Of a stretch of DNA of 64,000 bases, positions 18,301-31,800 are shown piece by piece. Source of the DNA: Eledone cirrhosa (taxonomy: Eukaryota). The DNA lies in contig OZ024743.1 of NCBI GenBank assembly GCA_964016885.1, forward strand, positions 272,552,001 through 272,616,000, read 5' to 3'. The notes beneath the pieces are model-generated. The model had not been told where the DNA came from. It did not search any database and saw only the letters and a program-made list of their open reading frames with translations. Every line of letters starts with the position of its first letter. The first letter of the stretch is position 1. Both the position numbers and the translations under genes were made by a program.

Positions 18301-19000
18301 AACTAAAACAACACGACCATCACAACAACTAAAACAACACGACCATCACAACAACTAAAACAACCACGACCATTACGACAACTAAAACAACACGAACATC
18401 ACAACTAAAACAAACACGACCATCACAGCCATTAAAACAACCACGACCATCAAAATAATTAAACAACACGACCATCACAACAACTAAAACCACCACCACC
18501 ATCACAACCACTAAAACAACCACGACCATCGCAACAACTAAAACAACCACGACCATCACAACTAAAACAACCACGACCACCACAACAACTAAAATAACCA
18601 GGACTACCACAACAACTAAAACAACACGACCATCTCAACAACTAAAACAACCACGACCATCACAACACTAAAACAACTCGAGCAACACAACTAAAACAAC
18701 CACGACCTTCACAACTAAAACAACACGACCATCACAACAACTAAAACAACACAACCATCACAACAACTAAAACAAACACGCCCTCCACAACAATTAAAAC
18801 AACCACGACCATCACAACAATTAAAAGAACCACGATAATCACAACAACTAAAACAACCACGACCATCACAACAACTAAAACAACCACGACCATCAAAACT
18901 AAAACAATCACGACCATCACAGCGAAAACAAACACGATTATCACAACAACTAAAACAACCACAACCATCGCAACACCTAAAACAACCACAATCTCCACAA
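7840..19000 (+). repeat. Very recent 5.58-kb tandem duplication (~7840-13423 and ~13424-19000)
   Basis: Offset is 5584 (8173/13757, 8676/14260, 9315/14899), then 5559 after a single 25-bp monomer loss near 15895 (10367/15926, 11255/16814, 12770/18329, 13182/18741). Shared private variants: ACCTCCTCAAC (~10434/~15993), ACGTCCATC (~10512/~16071), CAAGAACT (~12288/~17847). Confidence 0.93.
9930..13450 (+). repeat. 1927-bp-offset duplication nested in the 5.58-kb unit (mirrored in the second copy at ~15.5-19.0 kb)
   Basis: ORF-track pairs 10367/12294, 10843/12770, 11255/13182 and 15926/17853, 16402/18329, 16814/18741 all differ by 1927. Confidence 0.88.
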
Positions 19001-19159
19001 CAACTAAAACAACCACGCCCATTACAACAACTAAAACAACCACGACCATCACAACAACTAAAACAACCACGACCATCACAACAAATAAAACAACTACGAC
19101 CATCACAACTAAAACAACCACGGCATCACAACAACTAAAACAATTACGACCATCACAAC

Positions 19160-22100
19160 TAAAATAACCACGGCATCACAACAACTAAAACAACACGACC
19201 TCCACAACAACTAAAACAACCACGACCATCACAACAACTAAAACAACCACGACCATCACAAATAAAACAACCCGACCATCACAACAACTAAAACAACCAC
19301 GACCATCATAACAACTAAAACAACACGACCATCACAACAACTAAAACACGACCATCACAACAACTAAAACAACCACGACCATTACAACAACTAAAACAAC
19401 ACGAACATCACAACTAAAACAAACACGACCATCACAGCAATTAAAACAACCAAGACCATCAAAATAATTAAACAACACGACCATCACAACAACTAAAACC
19501 ACCACCACCATCACAACCACTAAAACAACCACGACCATCGCAACAACTAAAACAACCACGACCATCACAACTAAAACAACCACGACCACCACAACAACTA
19601 AAATAACCAGGACCACCACAACAACTAAAACAACACGACCATCTCAACAACTAAAACAACCACGACCTTCACAACTAAAACAACACGACCATCACAACAA
19701 CTAAAACAACACAACCATCACAACAACTAAAACAAACACGCCCTCCACAACAATTAAAACAACCACGACCATCACAACAATTAAAAGAACCACGATAATC
19801 ACAACAACTAAAACAACCACGACCATCACAGCAACTAAAACAACCACGACCATCAAAACTAAAACAATCACGACCATCACAGCGAAAACAAACACGATTA
19901 TCACAATAACTAAAACAACCACAACCATCACAACACCTAAAACAACCACAATCTCCACAACAACTAAAACAACCACGCCCATTACAACAACTAAAACAAC
20001 CACGACCATCACAACAAATAAAACAACTACGACCATCACAACTAAAACAACCACGGCATCACAACAACTAAAACAATTACGACCATCACAACTAAAATAA
20101 CCACGGCATCACAACAACTAAAACAACACGACCTCCACAACAACTAAAACAACCACGACCATCACAACAACTAAAACAAACACGACCATCACAACAACTA
20201 AAACAACCACGACTATCACAACAACTAAAACAACACGACCATCACAACTAAAACAACCACGATCATCACAACAACTTAAACAACCACGACCATCACAACA
20301 ACTAAAACAACCACGACCATCACAACTAAAGCAAACACGACAATCACAGCTAAAATAACCACGACCATCCCAACAACTAAAACAACCACGACCATCACAA
20401 CAACTAAAACAACCACGACCTCCACAATACCAAAAACAACAACAACAATCACAACAACTAAAACAACCACGACCTTCACAACAACTAAAAACACCACGAC
20501 CATCACAACTAAAACAACCACGACCATCACAACAACTAAAACAAAAACGACCATCACGACCACTAAAAAAGCCACGACGATCACAACCACTAAAACAACC
20601 ACGACCATCACAACAATTAAAACAACCACGACCATCACAACAACTAAAAGAACAACGACAATCACAACAACTAAAACGACCAAGACCATCTCGACAACTA
20701 AAAGAACCACGACCATCACAGCAACTAAAACAACCACGACCATCACAGCAACTAAAACATCCACGACCATCACAACAACTAAAACAACACGACCATCACA
20801 ACAACTGAAAGAACGACGACCATCACAACAACTAAAACGACCAGGACCATCACGACAACTAAAACCACCACGACCATCACAGCAACTAAAACAACCACGA
20901 CCATCACAACAACTAAAACAAGCACGACCATCACAATAACTAAAACAAGCACGACCATAACAACAACTAAAACAATCACGACCATCACAACAACTAAAAC
21001 AACCACGAGCATCACAACTAAAATAACCACGACCATCACAACAACTAAAAGAACCACGACCATCACAGCAACTAAAACAACCACGACCATCACAGCAACT
21101 AAAACACCCACGACCATCACTACAACTAAAAATACACGACAATCACAACAACTAAAAGAACAACAACCCATCACAACAAATAAAACGACCAGGACCATCA
21201 CGACAACTAAAAGAACCACGACCATCACAGCAACTAAAACAACCACGACCATCACAATAACTAAAACAAGCACGACCATCACAACAACTAAAACAATCAC
21301 GACCATCACAACCACTAAAACAACCACGACCATCACAACAACTAAAACAACCACGACCATCACAAATAAAACAACCCGACCATCACAACAACTAAAACAA
21401 CCACGACCATCATAACAACTAAAACAACACGACCATCACAACAACTAAAACAACACGACCATCACAACAACTAAAACAACCACAACCATTACAACAACTA
21501 AAATAACACGAACATCACAACTAAAACAAACACGACCATCACAGCAATTAAAACAACCACGACCATCACAATAATTAAACAACACGAACATCACAACAGC
21601 TAAAACCACCACCACCATCACAACCACTAAAACAAACACGACCATCAGAACAACTAAAACAACCACGACCATCACAACAAAAACAACCACGACCACCACA
21701 ACAACTAAAATAACCAGGACCACCACAACAACTAAAACAACACGACCATCTCAACAACTAAAACCACCACCACCATCACAACACTAAAACAACACGACCA
21801 ACACAAGTAAAACAACCACGACCTTCACAACTAAAACAACACGACCATCACAACAACTAAAACAACCACGACCATCACGACTAAAACAACACGACCATCA
21901 CAACAACTAAAACAAAAACGACCATCACAACCACTAAAACAACCACGACCATCACAATAACTAAAACAAGCACGACCATCATAACAACTAAAACAACCAC
22001 GACCATCACAACAACTAAAACAACCACGACCATCACAACTAAAACAACCCGACCATCACAACAACTAAAACAACCACGACCATCATAACAACTAAAACAA

Positions 22101-25100
22101 CACGACCATCACAACAACTAAAACAACACGACCTCCACAACAACTAAAACAACCACGACCATCACAACAACTAAAACAACCACGACCATAACAACAACTA
22201 AAACAACTACGACTATCACAACTAAAATAACCAGGGCATCACAACAACTAAAACAACACGACCTCCACAACAACTAAAACAACCACGACCATCACAACAA
22301 CTAAAACAACCACGACCATCACAACAACTTAAACAACCACGACCATCACAACAACTAAAACAACCACGACCATCACAATTAAAGCAAACTCGACAATCAC
22401 AGCTAAAACAACCACGACCATCACAACAACTAAAACAACACGACCTCCACAACAACTAAAACAACCACGACCATCACAACAACTAAAACAACCACGATCA
22501 TTACAACAACTAAAACAACACGAACATCACAACTAAAACAAACACGACCATCACAGCAATTAAAACAACCACGACCATCACAATAATTAAACAACACGAC
22601 CATCACAACAACTAAAACAACCACCACCATCACAACCACTAAAACAAATACGACCATCAGAACAACTAAAACAACCACGACCATCACAACAAAAACAACC
22701 ACGACCACTACAACAAATGAAATAACCAGGACCACCACAACAACTAAAATAACACGACCATCTCAACTACTAAAACCACCACGACCAACACAACTAAAAC
22801 AACCACGACCTTCACAACTAAAACAACACGACCATCACAACAACTAAAACAACCACGACCATCACGACTAAAACAACACGACCATCACAACAACTAAAAC
22901 AAAACGACCATCACAACAATTAAAAGAACCACGATAATCACAACCATTAAAACAACCACGACCTCCAAAACAACTAAAACAACCACGATCATCACAACAA
23001 CTAAAACAACCACGACCATCACAGCAACTAAAACAACAACGACCATCACAACTAAAACAACCACGACCATCACAGCGAAAACAAACACGGCATCACACCA
23101 CCTAAAACAACCACGATCTCCACAAACAACTAGAACAACCACGACCATTACAACAACTAAAAAACCACGACCATCACAACAACTAAAACAACCACGACAA
23201 TCACAACAAATAAAACAACTACGACCATCACAACTAAAACAACCACGGCATCACAACAACTAAAACAACACGACCTCCACAACAACTAAAAGAACCACGA
23301 CCATCACAACAACTAAAACAACCACGACCATCACAACAACTAAAACAACTACAAACATCATAACTAAAATAACCACGGCATCACAACAACTAAAACAACA
23401 CGACCTCCACAACAACTAAAACAACCACGACCATCACAACAACTAAAACAACCACGACCATCACAAATAAAACAACCCGACCATCACAACAACTAAAACA
23501 ACCACGACCATCATAACAACTAAAACAACACGACCATCACAACAACTAAAACACGACCATCACAACAACTAAAACAACCACGACCATTACAACAACTAAA
23601 ACAACACGAACATCACAACTAAAACAAACACGACCATCACAGCAATTAAAACAACCAAGACCATCAAAATAATTAAACAACACGACCATCACAACAACTA
23701 AAACCACCACCACCATCACAACCACTAAAACAACCACGACCATCGCAACAACTAAAACAACCACGACCATCACAACTAAAACAACCACGACCACCACAAC
23801 AACTAAAATAACCAGGACCACCACAACAACTAAAACAACACGACCATCTCAACAACTAAAACAACCACGACCTTCACAACTAAAACAACACGACCATCAC
23901 AACAACTAAAACAACACAACCATCACAACAACTAAAACAAACACGCCCTCCACAACAATTAAAACAACCACGACCATCACAACAATTAAAAGAACCACGA
24001 TAATCACAACAACTAAAACAACCACGACCATCACAGCAACTAAAACAACCACGACCATCAAAACTAAAACAATCACGACCATCACAGCGAAAACAAACAC
24101 GATTATCACAATAACTAAAACAACCACAACCATCACAACACCTAAAACAACCACAATCTCCACAACAACTAAAACAACCACGCCCATTACAACAACTAAA
24201 ACAACCACGACCATCACAACAAATAAAACAACTACGACCATCACAACTAAAACAACCACGGCATCACAACAACTAAAACAATTACGACCATCACAACTAA
24301 AATAACCACGGCATCACAACAACTAAAACAACACGACCTCCACAACAACTAAAACAACCACGACCATCACAACAACTAAAACAAACACGACCATCACAAC
24401 AACTAAAACAACCACGACTATCACAACAACTAAAACAACACGACCATCACAACTAAAACAACCACGATCATCACAACAACTTAAACAACCACGACCATCA
24501 CAACAACTAAAACAACCACGACCATCACAACTAAAGCAAACACGACAATCACAGCTAAAATAACCACGACCATCCCAACAACTAAAACAACCACGACCAT
24601 CACAACAACTAAAACAACCACGACCTCCACAATACCAAAAACAACAACAACAATCACAACAACTAAAACAACCACGACCTTCACAACAACTAAAAACACC
24701 ACGACCATCACAACTAAAACAACCACGACCATCACAACAACTAAAACAAAAACGACCATCACGACCACTAAAAAAGCCACGACGATCACAACCACTAAAA
24801 CAACCACGACCATCACAACAATTAAAACAACCACGACCATCACAACAACTAAAAGAACAACGACAATCACAACAACTAAAACGACCAAGACCATCTCGAC
24901 AACTAAAAGAACCACGACCATCACAGCAACTAAAACAACCACGACCATCACAGCAACTAAAACATCCACGACCATCACAACAACTAAAACAACACGACCA
25001 TCACAACAACTGAAAGAACGACGACCATCACAACAACTAAAACGACCAGAACCATCACGACAACTAAAACCACCACGACCATCACAGCAACTAAAACAAC

Positions 25101-28100
25101 CACGACCATCACAACAACTAAAACAAGCACGACCATCACAATAACTAAAACAAGCACGACCATAACAACAACTAAAACAATCACGACCATCACAACAACT
25201 AAAACAACCACGAGCATCACAACTAAAATAACCACGACCATCACAACAACTAAAAGAACCACGACCATCACAGCAACTAAAACAACCACGACCATCACAG
25301 CAACTAAAACACCCACGTCCATCACTACAACTAAAAATACACGACAATCACAACAACTAAAAGAACAACAACCCATCACAACAAATAAAACGACCAGGAC
25401 CATCACGACAACTAAAAGAACCACGACCATCACAGCAACTAAAACAACCACGACCATCACAATAACTAAAACAAGCACGACCATCACAACAACTAAAACA
25501 ATCACGACCATCACAACCACTAAAACAACCACGACCATCACAACAACTAAAACAACCACGACCATCACAAATAAAACAACCCGACCATCACAACAACTAA
25601 AATAACCAGGACCACCACAACAACTAAAACAACACGACCATCTCAACAACTAAAACCACCACCACCATCACAACACTAAAACACCACGACCATCACAACT
25701 AAAACAACCACGACCATCACAACAACTAAAACAAAAACGTCCATCACGACCACTAAAAAAGCCACGACGATCACAACCACTAAAACAACCACGACCATCA
25801 CAACAATTAAAACAACCACGACCATCACAACAACTAAAAGAACAACGACAATCACAACAACTAAAACGACCAAGACCATCTCGACAACTAAAAGAACCAC
25901 GACCATCACAGAAACTAAAACAACCACGACCATCACAGCAACTAAAACATCCACGACCATCACAACAACTAAAACAACACGACCATCACAACAACTGAAA
26001 GAACGACGACCATCACAACAACTAAAACGACCAGGACCATCACGACAACTAAAACCACCACGACCATCACAGCAACTAAAACAACCACGACCATCACAAC
26101 AACTAAAACAAGCACGACCATCACAATAACTAAAACAAGCACGACCATAACAACAACTAAAACAATCACGACCATCACAACAACTAAAACAACCACGAGC
26201 ATCACAACTAAAATAACCACGACCATCACAACAACTAAAAGAACCACGACCATCACAGCAACTAAAACAACCACGACCATCACAGCAACTAAAACACCCA
26301 CGTCCATCACTACAACTAAAAATACACGACAATCACAACAACTAAAAGAACAACAACCCATCACAACAAATAAAACGACCAGGACCATCACGACAACTAA
26401 AAGAACCACGACCATCACAGCAACTAAAACAACCACGACCATCACAATAATTAAACAACACGAACATCACAACAGCTAAAACCACCACCACCATCACAAC
26501 CACTAAAACAAACACGACCATCAGAACAACTAAAACAACCACGACCATCACAACAAAAACAACCACGACCACCACAACAACTAAAATAAACAGGACCACC
26601 ACAACAACTAAAACAACACGACCATCTCAACAACTAAAACCACCACCACCATCACAACACTAAAACAACACGACCAACACAACTAAAACAACCACGACCT
26701 TCACAACTAAAACAACACGACCATCACAACAACTAAAACAACCACGACCATCACGACTAAAACAACACGACCATCACAACAACTAAAACAAAAACGACCA
26801 TCACAACCACTAAAACAACCACCACCATCACAATAACTAAAACAAGCACGACCATCATAACAACTAAAACAACCACGACCATCAGAACAACTAAAACAAC
26901 CACGACCATCACAACTAAAACAACCCGACCATCACAACAACTAAAACAACCACGACCATCATAACAACTAAAACAACACGACCATCACAACAACTAAAAC
27001 AACACGACCTCCACAACAACTAAAACAACCACGACCATCACAACAACTAAAACAACCACGACCATAACAACAACTAAAACAACTACGACTATCACAACTA
27101 AAATAACCAGGGCATCACAACAACTAAAACAACACGACCTCCACAACAACTAAAACAACCACGACCATCACAACAACTAAAACAACCACGACCATCACAA
27201 CAACTTAAACAACCACGACCATCACAACAACTAAAACAACCACGACCATCACAATTAAAGCAAACTCGACAATCACAGCTAAAACAACCACGACCATCAC
27301 AACAACTAAAACAACACGACCTCCACAACAACTAAAACAACCACGACCATCACAACAACTAAAACAACCACGATCATTACAACAACTAAAACAACACGAA
27401 CATCACAACTAAAACAAACACGACCATCACAGCAATTAAAACAACCACGACCATCACAATAATTAAACAACACGACCATCACAACAACTAAAACAACCAC
27501 CACCATCACAACCACTAAAACAAATACGACCATCAGAACAACTAAAACAACCACGACCATCACAACAAAAACAACCACGACCACTACAACAAATGAAATA
27601 ACCAGGACCACCACAACAACTAAAATAACACGACCATCTCAACTAGTAAAACCACCACGACCAACACAACTAAAACAACCACGACCTTCACAACTAAAAC
27701 AACACGACCATCACAACAACTAAAACAACCACGACCATCACGACTAAAACAACACGACCATCACAACAACTAAAACAACACGACCATCACAACAATTAAA
27801 AGAACCACGATAATCACAACCATTAAAACAACCACGACCTCCAAAACAACTAAAACAACCACGATCATCACAACAACTAAAACAACCACGACCATCACAG
27901 CAACTAAAACAACAACGACCATCACAACTAAAACAACCACGACCATCACAGCGAAAACAAACACGGCATCACACCACCTAAAACAACCACGATCTCCACA
28001 AACAACTAGAACAACCACGACCATTACAACAACTAAAAAACCACGACCATCACAACAACTAAAACAACCACGACAATCACAACAAATAAAACAACTACGA

Positions 28101-28280
28101 CCATCACAACTAAAACAACCACGGCATCACAACAACTAAAACAACACGACCTCCACAACAACTAAAAGAACCACGACCATCACAACAACTAAAACAACCA
28201 CGACCATCACAACAACTAAAACAACTACAAACATCATAACTAAAATAACCACGGCATCACAACAACTAAAACAACACGAC
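19160..28280 (+). repeat. ~4.2-kb tandem duplication with a rearranged second copy (~19160-23365 and ~23366-28280)
   Basis: Offset is 4205 for 19341/23546, 19701/23906, 20276/24481, 20779/24984 and 4876 for 21575/26451, 22222/27098, 22430/27306, 22894/27770. Private variant ACTACAAACATCATAAC at ~23348 and ~28224. Confidence 0.9.
24690..26450 (+). repeat. 985-bp-offset internal re-duplication inside the second 4.2-kb copy
   Basis: ORF ends 24984/25969 and 25347/26332 differ by 985. Shared variant CCCACGTCCATCACTAC at ~25312 and ~26297. Confidence 0.85.
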
Positions 28281-29719
28281 CCCCACAACAACTAAAACAA
28301 CCACGACCATCACAACAACTAAAACAACCACGACCATCACAACAACTAAAACAACCAGGACTATCACAACAACTAAAACAACACGACCATCACAGCTAAA
28401 ACAACCACGACCATCACAACAACTAAACCAACCACGACCATCACAACAAGTAAAACAACCACGACCTCCACAACAACTAAAACAACCACGAAAATCACGA
28501 CAACTAAAACAACCACGACCATCACAACAACTAAAACAACCACGACCATCACAACTAAAACAACCACGACCATCACAACAACTAAAACAAAGACGACCAT
28601 CACAACCACTAAAAAAGCCACGACGATCACAACCACTAAAACAACCACGACCATCACAACAATTAAAACAACCACGACCATCACAACAACTAAAAGAACA
28701 ACGACAATCACAACAACTAAAACGACCAAGACGATTACGACAACTAAAAGAACCACGACCATCACAGCAACTAAAACAACCACGACCATCACACCAACTA
28801 AAACAACCACGACCATCACACCAACTAAAACAACACGACTATCACAACAACTAAAAGAACAACGACCATCACAACAACTAAAACGACCAGGACCATCACG
28901 ACAACTCAAACAACCACGACCATCACAGCAACTAAAACAACCACGACCATTACAACAACTAAAACAAGCACGACCATCACAACAACTAAAAGAATCACGA
29001 CCATCACAACAACTAAAACAACCACGACCATCACAACAACTAAAACAACCACGACCATCACAAATAAAACAACCCGACCATCGCAACAACTTAAACAACC
29101 AAGACCATCACAACAACTAAAACAACCACATCCATAACAACAACTAAAACAACCACGACCATCACAACTAAAGCAACCACGACCATCACAACAACTAAAA
29201 CAACCACGACCATCACAACAACTAAAACAACCACGACCTCCACAACAACTAAAACAACCACAACCATCACAAAAACTAAAACAACCACGAACATCACAAC
29301 AACTAAAACAACCACGAACATGATAACTAAAACAACAACGACCATCACAACAACTAAAACAACCACGACCATCACAACCACTAAAAGAACAACGACCATC
29401 ACAACAACTAAAACGACCAGGACCACCACGACAACTAAAAGGACCACGACCATCAAAGCAACTAAAACAACCACGACCATCACAGCAACTAAAACAACCA
29501 CGACCATCACAACAACTAAAACAACCACGACCATCACAACAACTAAAAAAACAACGACCATCACAAATAAAACAACCCGACCATCACAACAACTAAAACA
29601 ACCACGACTATCATAACAACTAAAACAACATGACCATCACAACAACTAAAACAACACGACCATCACAACAATTAAAACTACCACGACCATCACAATAATT
29701 AAACAACACGACCATCACA

Positions 29720-31800
29720 ACAACTAAAACAACCACGCCCATTACAACAACTAAAACAACCACGACCATCACAACAAATAAAACAACTACGACCATCACA
29801 ACTAAAACAACCACGGCATCACAACAACTAAAACAATTACGACCATCACAACTAAAATAACCACGGCATCACAACAACTAAAACAACAACCTCCACAACA
29901 ACTAAAACAACCACGACCATCACAACAACTAAAACAAACACGATCATCACAACAACTTAAACAACCACGACCATCACAACAACTAAAACAACCACGACCA
30001 TCACAACTAAAGCAAACACGACAATCACAGCTAAAACAACCACGACCATCCCAACAACTAAAACAACCACGACCATCACAACAACTAAAACAACCACGAC
30101 CTCCACAATACCAAAAAAACAACAACAACAATCACAAAAACTAAAACAACCACGACCATCACAACAACTAAAACAACCACGACCTTCACAACAACTAAAA
30201 ACACCACGACCATCACAACTAAAACAACCACGACCATCACAACAACTAAAACAAAAACGACCATCACGACCACTAAAAAAGCCACAACGATCACAACCAC
30301 TAAAACAACCACGACCATCACAACAATTAAAACAACCACGACCATCACAACAACTAAAAGAACAACGACAATCACAACAACTAAAACGACCAAGACCATC
30401 TCGACAACTAAAAGAACCACGACCATCACAGCAACTAAAACAACCACGACCATCACAGCAACTAAAACAACCACGACCATCACAACAACTAAAACAACAC
30501 GACCATCACAACAACTGAAAGAACGACGACCATCACAACAACTAAAACGACCAGGACCATCACGACAACTAAAACCACCACGAACATCACAGCAACTAAA
30601 ACAACCACGACCATCACAACAACTAAAACAAGCACGACCATCACAATAACTAAAACAAGCACGACCATCACAACAACTAAAACAATCACGACCATCACAA
30701 CAACTAAAACAACCACGACCATCACAACTAAAATAACCACGACCATCACAACAACTAAAAGAACCACGACCATCACAGCAACTAAAACAACCACGACCAT
30801 CACAGCAACTAAAAATACACGACAATCACAACAACTAAAAGAACAACAAACCATCACAACAAATAAAACGACCAGGACCATCACGACAACTAAAAGATCC
30901 ACGACCATCACAGCAACTAAAACAACCACGACCATCACAATAACTAAAACAAGCACGACCATCACAACAACTAAAACAATCACGACCATCACAACCACTA
31001 AAACAACCACGACCATCACAACAACTAAAACAACCACGACCATCACAAATAAAACAACCCGACCATCACAACAACTAAAACAACCACGACCATCATAACA
31101 AAAAAAACAACACGACCATCACAACAACTAAAACAACACGACCATCACAACAACTAAAACAACCACAACCATTACAACAACTAAAACAACACGAACATCA
31201 CAACTAAAACAAACACGACCATCACAGCAATTAAAACAACCACGACCATCACAATAATTAAACAACACGAACATCACAACAGCTAAAACCACCACCACCA
31301 TCACAACCACTAAAACAAACACGACCATCAGAACAACTAAAACAACCACGACCATCACAACAAAAACAACCACGACCACCACAACAACTAAAATAACCAG
31401 GACCACCACAACAACTAAAACAACACGACCAGCTCAACAACTAAAATCACCACGACCATCACAACACTAAAACAACACGACCAACACAACTAAAACAACC
31501 ACGACCTTCACAACTAAAACAACACGACCATCACAACAACTAAAACAACCACGACCATCACGACTAAAACAACACGACCATCACAACAACTAAAACAAAA
31601 ACGACCATCACAACCACTAAAACAACCACGACCATCACAATAACTAAAACAAGCACGACCATCATAACAACTAAAACAACCACGACCATCACAACAACTA
31701 AAACAACCACGACCATCACAACTAAAACAACCCGACCATCACAACAACTAAAAAAACCACGACCATCATAACAACTAAAACAACACGACCATCACAACAA
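29720..31800 (+). repeat. Further copy of the 20-22 kb segment, leading into the 2.56-kb HOR domain
   Basis: ORF pairs 20779/30489 (9710), 21445/31128 and 21575/31258 (9683). Shared variants CATCCCAAC, CAATACCAAAAA, ACTGAAAGAACGACG, AAAATACACGACAATC. Confidence 0.8.
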
